In this document: positions 1 through 5,829 of the stretch, one piece after another
Position numbering within the stretch: position 1 is the first letter of the stretch
Layout: each line of letters starts with the position of its first letter
Source of the DNA: Octopus sinensis
Lineage: Eukaryota
Direction of reading: 5' to 3'
Assembly (NCBI RefSeq): GCF_006345805.1
Contig: NW_021828026.1
Span: 1 to 9,051 of the forward strand
DNA length: 9,051 nt
Position numbers and translations under genes: made by a program
The notes under the pieces: model-generated
Told to the model about the DNA's origin: nothing
Database searches by the model: none
What the model saw: the letters and a program-made list of their open reading frames with translations, nothing else

Positions 1-4
1 CACA

Positions 5-208
5 CACGCCGGGCGAAATGCGTAGCCGTATTTCGTCTGCCGTTACGTTTTCTGAGTTCAAATTCCGCCGAGGTCGACTTTGCCTTTCATCCTTTCGGGG
101 TCGATTAAATAAGTACCAGTTACGCACTGGGTCGATATAATCGACTTAATCCGTTTGTCTGTTCTTGTTTATCCCCTCTATGTTTAGCCCCTAGTGGGTA
201 GTAAAGAA

Positions 209-210
<2 letters not shown>
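5..210 (+). mobile_element. tRNA-derived SINE, family A, tail type 1; first ~25 nt of the head missing
   Basis: B-box-like GAGTTCAAATTCC at 54-66; central block GCCTTTCATCCTTTCGGGGTCGAT..AAGTACCAG; tail ending GTGGGTAGTAAAGAAAT. Colinear with the reverse complement of 2121-2354, 3106-3519 and 8169-8397. The central block resembles the Meta/MESC-type SINE domain (from memory, unverified). Confidence 0.92.
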
Positions 211-211
<1 letters not shown>

Positions 212-290
<79 letters not shown>

Positions 291-311
291 ATAAATACAT
301 ATATGATATAT
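212..311. repeat. (TA)n microsatellite
   Basis: Pure TA run 212-275, degenerate to ~311, directly after the SINE tail. Confidence 0.99.
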
Positions 312-337
312 GTAAAACCACACAGACATATATAGTC

Positions 338-370
338 AGAGAGGGAAAGACAGAAAGAGAGAAAGAGAGG

Positions 371-403
<33 letters not shown>
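338..403. repeat. (GA)n microsatellite
   Basis: Imperfect AG/GA run. Confidence 0.97.
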
Positions 404-631
404 TCGTAAACTTCTTTTAACTCCTCTTAAAATTTTTCAAAACGATAATTGTATTTTTGTGTATAATTAGTTAACCGCATTGTATAATTCAGAAATATTG
501 CCGCTTCTACGTTTCTAGGACTTCATATATTGCTTCTCCAGTCTATACAACCGCAGTATTTTTTCCATTAGTGACATTTCGTACGTTCTTTTCTAAATGA
601 GATATTATACATGTGTGTGCGAGATATAGAG

Positions 632-775
632 AATACCAAACGAGATCCCTATGGATACCGTATTTATTACAACGAGTGGCTGGTAAACGTATCTAACTCG
701 CTTTCGCTCGTCAGATACGTTTACAAGCCACGAGTTGTAATAAATACGGTATCCATAGGGAATGAGTTTGGTATT
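632..775. repeat. Long imperfect inverted repeat: 66-bp arms, 12-nt centre
   Basis: 632-697 is the reverse complement of 710-775 at 58/66 positions. The centre TCGCTTTCGCTC (698-709) can fold further: g700-c707, c701-g706. Confidence 0.98.
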
Positions 776-872
776 TTATTTATTACACACGAATAAACGA
801 CCTTATTTTATTAACCCAATAACTAAATTCTTCACATTTAGTTGTAACTTATGAATGACAAAAGTAGTGCCA

Positions 873-1027
873 TCACCGTGACCTCGGGTCATCACCATGA
901 ATTGACCAATCAGAAGCAGCGCTGTCACCGTGACCTCGGGTCATCACCATGGATTGACCAATCAGAAGCAGCGCTGTCACCGTGACCTCGGGTCATCACC
1001 ATGGATTGACCAATCAGAAGCAGCGCT
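873..1027. repeat. 52-bp minisatellite, 3 copies
   Basis: Unit TCACCGTGACCTCGGGTCATCACCATGGATTGACCAATCAGAAGCAGCGCTG starts at 873, 925 and 977. One substitution (a900 vs g952); the last copy is 1 nt short. Confidence 0.99.
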
Positions 1028-1142
1028 CGCAGTATCTGACATATGTTAGATACCAAAAATATCTCAAAGTGTTCTCAGTCACATGTGTGTAATAATGTCT
1101 TAAGTTATTCGTATACCTCATCCAGGGCACTATTATTTTCAT

Positions 1143-1199
1143 GGCAGTGCCCCAGCATGGCCACAGTCTAATGACTGAAATAAATAAAAGATAAAAGAA
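1143..1199 (+). mobile_element. Isolated CR1-type 3' tail of a SINE or LINE
   Basis: GTGCCCCAGCATGGCC (1147-1162) is identical to the LINE 3' UTR at 5362-5377 and is followed by an A-rich (AAAAGAT)-like tail. Confidence 0.78.
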
Positions 1200-1241
1200 T
1201 ATAATTTTACGCTCTCGCTAGGAAAATTTCCATTTGCCGCT

Positions 1242-1312
1242 ACGGTTAGGGTTATGGTTAAGTTTTATGTTTAGTGTTTACGGTTTGCGGTTATGGCTTA
1301 CGGTTTACGATT
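1242..1312. repeat. Degenerate 6-mer array resembling (TTAGGG)n
   Basis: Units ACGGTT, AGGGTT, ATGGTT, AAGTTT etc.; only one perfect TTAGGG (1246-1251). Confidence 0.6.
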
Positions 1313-1698
1313 CTGAAGCACTCCGTCGATTACGACGACGAGGGTTCTGGTTGATCCGAATCAACGGAACAGCCTGCTCGTGAAATTAACGTGTAAGTGG
1401 CTGAGCACTCCACAGACACGTGTACCCTTAACGTAGTTCTCGGGGATATTCAGCGTGACACAGAGAGTGACAAGGCCGGCCCTTTGAAATACAGGTACAA
1501 CAGAAACAGGAAGTAAGAGTGAGAGAAAGTTGTGGTGAAAGAGTACAGCAGGGATCACCACCATCCCCTGCCTGAGCCTCGTGGAGCTTTAGGTGTTTTC
1601 GCTCAATAAACACTCACAACGCTCGGTCTGGGAATCGAAACCGCGATCTTATGACCGCGAGTCCGCTGCCCTAACCACTGGGCCATTGCGCCTCCACA
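1313..1698 (-). mobile_element. Full-length tRNA-derived SINE, family C (386 bp), with 13-bp TSD
   Basis: A-box TGGCCCAGTGG (1685-1675); B-box GTTTCGATTCC (1641-1631); exact direct repeats ACGGTTTACGATT at 1300-1312 and 1699-1711. The head looks tRNA-Arg-like, as in the octopus OR-type SINEs (recollection). Confidence 0.92.
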
Positions 1699-1854
1699 AC
1701 GGTTTACGATTATAGCTATTCGGAAAGGAGAAATACTCGTTAAATTTCATCATATGAACTTTTTAAGTTTCTTTCATACGGTCGTAATTGCCAATACCTA
1801 ACTGAAATTTCTAAATGACGCGTTAAGTGATAAGGTATATTGTGCAATGCATAT

Positions 1855-2020
1855 ATTTTCATCATTTAATTGTTTCAGTCATTGGAAAGTTTTGTCGATC
1901 AAATAGACTTAACAGGTACTAAGGTCGATCCGTCCGACTTAAATTCATCACAGCGGTAATCCAGCATGGCCGCTATCTAACAAGTGAAAGAATTAAAAGA
2001 TTAAAGCTAAAAGATGAAAG
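1855..2020. mobile_element. Two degenerate CR1-tailed SINE 3' ends in divergent (fold-back) orientation
   Basis: Minus arm TTTCAGTCATT (1873-1883) is the reverse complement of AATGACTGAAA (1170-1180). The plus arm has CAGCGGT (1951-1957) and CCAGCATGGCCGC (1961-1973), both also in the LINE 3' UTR. Confidence 0.58.
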
Positions 2021-2120
2021 CTATGCCACAGAATCTTGCAAAACTAGACACCAATCGGGACAGCAATATCTAAGCGTTATCTATGCTTAAGGTTATCTAT
2101 GAAGAAAAATAGCCAATATC

Positions 2121-2354
2121 TATTTCTTTACTACCCACAAGGGGCTAAACACAGAGAGGACAAACAAGGACAGACAAACGGATTAAGCCGATTTTATCGA
2201 CCCCAGTGCGTAACTGGTACTTATTTAATCGACCCCGAAAGGATGAAAGCCAAAGTCGACCTCGGCGGAATTTGAACTCAGAACATAGCGGCAGACGAAA
2301 TACCTCTAAGCATTTCGCCCGGCGGGCTAACGATTCTGCCAAGCTCGCCGCCCT
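2121..2354 (-). mobile_element. Full-length family A SINE, tail type 1, with 16-bp TSD
   Basis: Reverse complement starts GGCGGCGAGC. Flanks AAAAATAGCCAATATC (2105-2120) and AAAAACAACCAATATC (2355-2370) are 14/16 identical. Confidence 0.95.
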
Positions 2355-2628
2355 AAAAACAACCAATATCAATGTATGTGTTCTCTAAAAACCATGAATC
2401 CACATATACTTTTCACTTTACTTGACTGAAGGACAAATCAGAATAGCGACACTAAGATATGAAATTTACAAACAAGCACAACAAATGTGTATTCCCATCA
2501 TCGGCTGCCAAACGGATAACATTGTGCTTTTGACACCTCTTCTGTCCCATCCCATCCAGCAATGTGAACAGTGTTGAAAACATAAACGCTGCCTGAGAAT
2601 CAATAGTAATCAGTAAGGCTGAAACATT

Positions 2629-2672
2629 ACACACAGACACACACACACACACATACACACGTACACATACAT
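2629..2672. repeat. (CA)n microsatellite
   Basis: Imperfect CA run. Confidence 0.95.
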
Positions 2673-2700
2673 GCATATTTATAGATATTTATAGACATAT

Positions 2701-2907
2701 ATCCCTTCATTTATAGGCACCAGTCTTGAAATTTTAGGTTCTGGTACTAGTTAAAGACAGTAACCCCAGTGCTTGAGTGGTTCTATATTTTATTCGACCT
2801 GAAAGGATGACAGACAGAGATAACCTCAGCAGAATTTGAACTAAAAGCCAAAAGAAAGAATGTTGCTAAGCATTTTGTCTGGTGTGCAACGATTGTACCA
2901 GCTCACC
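2701..2907 (-). mobile_element. Old, degenerate family A SINE, tail type 2
   Basis: Recognisable blocks ACCCCAGTGC, GAAAGGATGA, AGAATTTGAACT, GCTAAGCATTT, CCAGCTCACC. The reverse complement of the tail contains GTGCCTATA, as at 8662-8670. Confidence 0.68.
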
Positions 2908-3105
2908 TATATATATATTTCAGGTCACTCCTTACTGCTGCTCGTTGCATATAACGCAGTATAACCTGTCACATGGTCGGGTTGTCAACAACTAAACGGA
3001 AAAACGTACGAATAAAAAAGCAAGACCCGTTAAAGAGCAGAGGAAAGACTGTGTGTCAACGGCCATCCGAATGAAGTGTGCTGTTCATCAGTCTCGTGAC
3101 ATACC

Positions 3106-3519
3106 TATTTCTTTATTACCCACAAGGGGCTAAACACAGAGGGAACAAACAAGGACAGACATAGGTATTAAGTCGATTACATCGACCCCAGTTCGTAACT
3201 GGTACTTAATTTATCGACCCCGAAAGGATGAAAGGCAAAGTCGACCTCGGCGGAATTTGAACTCACAACGTAACGCAGACGAAATACCTATTTCTTTATT
3301 ACCCACAAGGGGCTAAACATAGAGGGGACAAACAAGGACAGACATAGGTATTGAGTCGATTACATCGACCTCAGTGCGTAACTGGTACTTAATTTATCGA
3401 CCCCGAAAGGATGAAAGGCAAAGTCGACCTCGGCGGAATTTGAACTCACAACGTAATGATAGACGAAGTACGGCTACGCATTTCGCCCGGCGTGCTAACG
3501 TTTCTGCCAGCTCGCCGCC
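3106..3519 (-). mobile_element. Family A SINE dimer (one full plus one 5'-truncated copy) inside a single 14-bp TSD
   Basis: Partial unit 3106-3288 and full unit 3289-3519; exact direct repeats CTCGTGACATACCT at 3093-3106 and 3519-3532. Confidence 0.95.
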
Positions 3520-3734
3520 TCGTGACATACCTGCATCGACTATTGTTATCAACAGTGACAAAGTGTGAAAGGACACATACAAATCATTATATTTCTACAG
3601 AAATAAATGTGTGGGCTGTCCAAGAAATTTGCTTACTCCGATTTTTATCAAGCTCATCTTGAAAAGGAAAATAAAAGGGGAGAAAAAGTAAAGTTCTTTG
3701 ACCCTCGTCGAATAGATGAGGGTCCATCAAAAAT

Positions 3735-4056
3735 ACATAATACATACATGCATACAGATAGGTCGATAGATAGATAGATAGATAAATAGATTGATAGCTA
3801 GATAGATAAAGGGGTAGATAGACAAATAGAAAGATATGTATACATATATACACACATACATACATACATATAAGTATGTACTTTATATATATATATATAC
3901 ATATATAGATAGATAAATGCATACATACATACACACACATACATACATACATACATACATACATACATACATACATACATACGTACGTACATACATACAT
4001 ACATACATACATACATACGTACATACATACATACATACATACATACATACATGCAC
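3735..4056. repeat. Compound (TAGA)n/(TA)n/(TACA)n microsatellite
   Basis: TAGA-rich ~3753-3830; near-pure TACA ~3921-4051. Confidence 0.98.
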
Positions 4057-4165
4057 ATATGGGTTTGTGTATATATAACGATATCTGTTTATGGGCATTT
4101 GTACGCTTGTGTTTGTATCAAGGGGAGAAAAAGAACAAGCTTAGGTTCTTCGCGAATCGGTTTGC

Positions 4166-4264
4166 CACAAGGCTTTGGTCTGCCCGAGGCTATAGTAGAA
4201 GACACATGCCCAAGGTGCCACACAGTGCGACTGAACCCGGAACCATGTGGTTGGTAAGCAAGCT
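4166..4264 (-). mobile_element. CORE-type SINE fragment (partial tRNA head plus CORE-like block)
   Basis: B-box-like GGGTTCAGTCGC (4238-4227), then GCACCTTGGGCATGTGTCTTCTACTATAGCC (4218-4188), which shares ACCTTGGGCA with the MIR CORE domain. A-box and tail are absent. Confidence 0.72.
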
Positions 4265-4267
4265 AGT

Positions 4268-4296
4268 TGTGTATAGACACACACATATATATACAT

Positions 4297-4338
<42 letters not shown>

Positions 4339-4350
4339 GTTGTGTGTGTA

Positions 4351-4382
<32 letters not shown>

Positions 4383-4409
4383 TATGCACGCATATAAATA
4401 TGTGCTTAC

Positions 4410-4500
<91 letters not shown>

Positions 4501-4534
4501 TGCACGCATATAAATATGTGCTTATATATATATA
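4268..4534. repeat. Compound (TA)n(TG)n microsatellite with a duplicated ~116-bp higher-order unit
   Basis: The unique 28-mer TGTATGCACGCATATAAATATGTGCTTA occurs at 4381-4408 and 4497-4524. Confidence 0.97.
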
Positions 4535-4743
4535 ACGGGAAGCTTAATGAAAATAAACAAAAGACGAAGGCAGGTGGAGTAAAAACAAACAATTGTATTA
4601 GTATGGCGCTCAGGAATATAAATAAAACAAGTCTTTTACGTTTCGAGCCTACGCTCTTCAACAGAAAGATGCACAGAAAAGAAACACGGAGAGAAACAAG
4701 GAGAGAAAAAAAATGCGTGCAGAAGCTAGCGATTCAACATGGC
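4535..4743 (-). mobile_element. Penelope-like element fragment (pseudo-LTR-like), flanked by (TA)n
   Basis: Non-microsatellite block bounded by TA runs on both sides, carrying a minimal hammerhead motif of the kind found in Penelope-like pLTRs. No RT or GIY-YIG sequence is present, so the class call rests on the motif. Confidence 0.55.
4632..4669 (-). ncRNA. Minimal type-I hammerhead ribozyme motif with variant core
   Basis: Minus strand: UCUUU-CUGUUGA-A-GAGC(GUAG)GCUC-GAAAC-GUA-AAAGA. Stem I 5 bp, stem II 4 bp closed by G-C, palindromic ACGU stem III, GUA cleavage triplet. Position 6 is U instead of A. Confidence 0.65.
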
Positions 4744-4762
4744 ATATATATATATATATATA

Positions 4763-5342
4763 AGAGAGAAGGAGACACTGATGGTCCTATGGAAAACATT
4801 TGTCCTCAGCCGCTTGGTCTACTGCTCCCAACTTTGGTCACCACACAATATAAAACAAACAGCAGAACTCGAAGCAACTCAGAGAAGCTACACAAAGAAA
4901 ATCGTCTCAATGCAAAATGTCAGCTACTGGGAAAGACTGAAGGTATTAAACCTCTTCTCCCTGGAGCGGAGGCGGGAGAGATATGCAGTGATATACATCT
5001 GGAAATCCTGGAGGTCTTGTCCCAACTTTGACATTCAAAGTTACTCCAACCGCAGAAGGGGCGCCGCTGCGTGGTGCCAAGGATTCCAACATCACCATCA
5101 AAATACAGGTCCAGATACTGCAACAGCTGGGTTTCAGAGGACCACAGCTCTTTAACATCCTCCCTAAATGCCTGAGAGGCTTACATGGTGTGGATGTGGG
5201 TTTCTTTAAAACTAAACTGGATCTCTTCTTGTTGGGAGTCCCAGATGAACCTACCTCACGACAGGAGACTCGGATGCGGGCAGCAGCATCGAACTCCCTT
5301 GTTGATCAAGTGCCACGTATCAGAGGTGGATTCACAAACTAG
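4763..5342 (+). pseudogene. Frameshifted C-terminal part of LINE ORF2 (post-RT region), CR1 clade
   Basis: REKETLMVLWKTFVLSRLVYCSQLWSP..SYWERLKVLNLFSLERRRERYAVIYIWK, then after frame repair ILEGLVPNF..RRCVVPRIP..YCNSLGFRGPQLFNILPKCLR..FKTKLDLFL..RAAASNSLVDQ..TAG (5340-5342). The YCSQLWSP, RLKxLxLFSLERRR and FKxxLDxFL motifs are typical of CR1-group ORF2 ends. Confidence 0.9.
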
Positions 5343-5418
5343 TGTAGCTCATTCAGCGGTGGTGCCCCAGCATGGCCGCGGCCTTCGGGCTAAAACATTT
5401 TTAAGGATTTAAGGATTT
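4763..5418 (+). mobile_element. 5'-truncated CR1-clade LINE (ORF2 C-terminus, 3' UTR and short-repeat tail)
   Basis: ORF2 remnant, a ~55-nt 3' UTR, and tail TTTAAGGATTTAAGGATTT (5400-5418); (TA)n on both sides. Confidence 0.9.
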
Positions 5419-5490
5419 ATATATATATATACATATATTTATTTGTGCGTGTGTATGTGTATGTATATATATATATATGCATGTGTATAT
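5419..5490. repeat. (TA)n/(TG)n microsatellite
   Basis: Seen directly. Confidence 0.93.
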
Positions 5491-5829
5491 CACTATTTTA
5501 TCACCAACACACAATCATAAGAGTGCGTCTGTGTGTGCGAGTCGTTTTTACGCATGACTATACGCAAATGATTCGCTGGATCTATAATTACAAAAGGGTT
5601 ACGTAAAGTGAGTATGATGACGGTGGTTTAGAATCTCGTATACGATTTTAGCGGGAAATATAGCTACGACAGCGATAAGATGCATCATTGAATTATGACG
5701 TCAGCACGGAATATCTACGACAATCTCCAGTAACGCGACGACGACACGAAGAGTAAGCAGCTGCAATGACTGCAGCAAAGCAGGAACAACGCAAAATTTT
5801 ACGCTTTGTTTCTCTCTCACTTTCTCTGT

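Larger units (their letters stand above)
632..1095. mobile_element. Putative non-autonomous palindromic DNA element (MITE-like, possibly Crypton-like); boundaries approximate
   Basis: Terminal long hairpin; 11-bp inverted pair TTATTACACAC (780-790)/GTGTGTAATAA (1085-1095); second palindrome 1032-1053 reusing the hairpin's apical arms; internal 52-bp repeat. No coding capacity and no convincing TSD. The class assignment is inference. Confidence 0.5.

Noticed and set aside
120-409. YI/ER-repeat ORFs, and the similar ORFs at 3587-4509, 5806-6628, 7285-7506 and 8687-8962
   Set aside because: Translations of microsatellites, which lack stops in some frames.
879-891. Oestrogen-response element
   Set aside because: The half-sites are everted (TGACC..GGTCA), not the GGTCAnnnTGACC arrangement of an ERE.
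609-1090. ACATGTGTGT direct repeats (609-618 and 1081-1090) as TSD of the palindromic element
   Set aside because: Low-complexity 10-mer in TG-rich DNA, and the right copy overlaps the putative terminal inverted repeat.
1242-1312. True telomere or chromosome end
   Set aside because: Only one perfect TTAGGG, short, and embedded in ordinary sequence.
1620-1698. tRNA genes (also 6897-6971, 7413-7488 and the family A heads)
   Set aside because: A- and B-boxes are present but the acceptor stems do not pair, and the heads continue into SINE bodies or repeat tails.
2206-2388. Recurrent MRNWYL.. ORFs (also 3374-3568 and 8254-8463) that look like a gene family
   Set aside because: They are the antisense reading of family A SINEs, starting at GTG inside the element.
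2398-2577. 59-codon open frame (..GQIRIATLRYEIYKQAQQMCIP..) after a pyrimidine tract
   Set aside because: No recognisable family, a weak AAG acceptor, and no good donor before the stop; could be revisited with RNA-seq.
4267-5031. Longest ORF in the track (254 aa)
   Set aside because: Starts in (TA)/(TG) repeats and crosses the Penelope-like block and an off-frame part of the LINE; no coherent protein.
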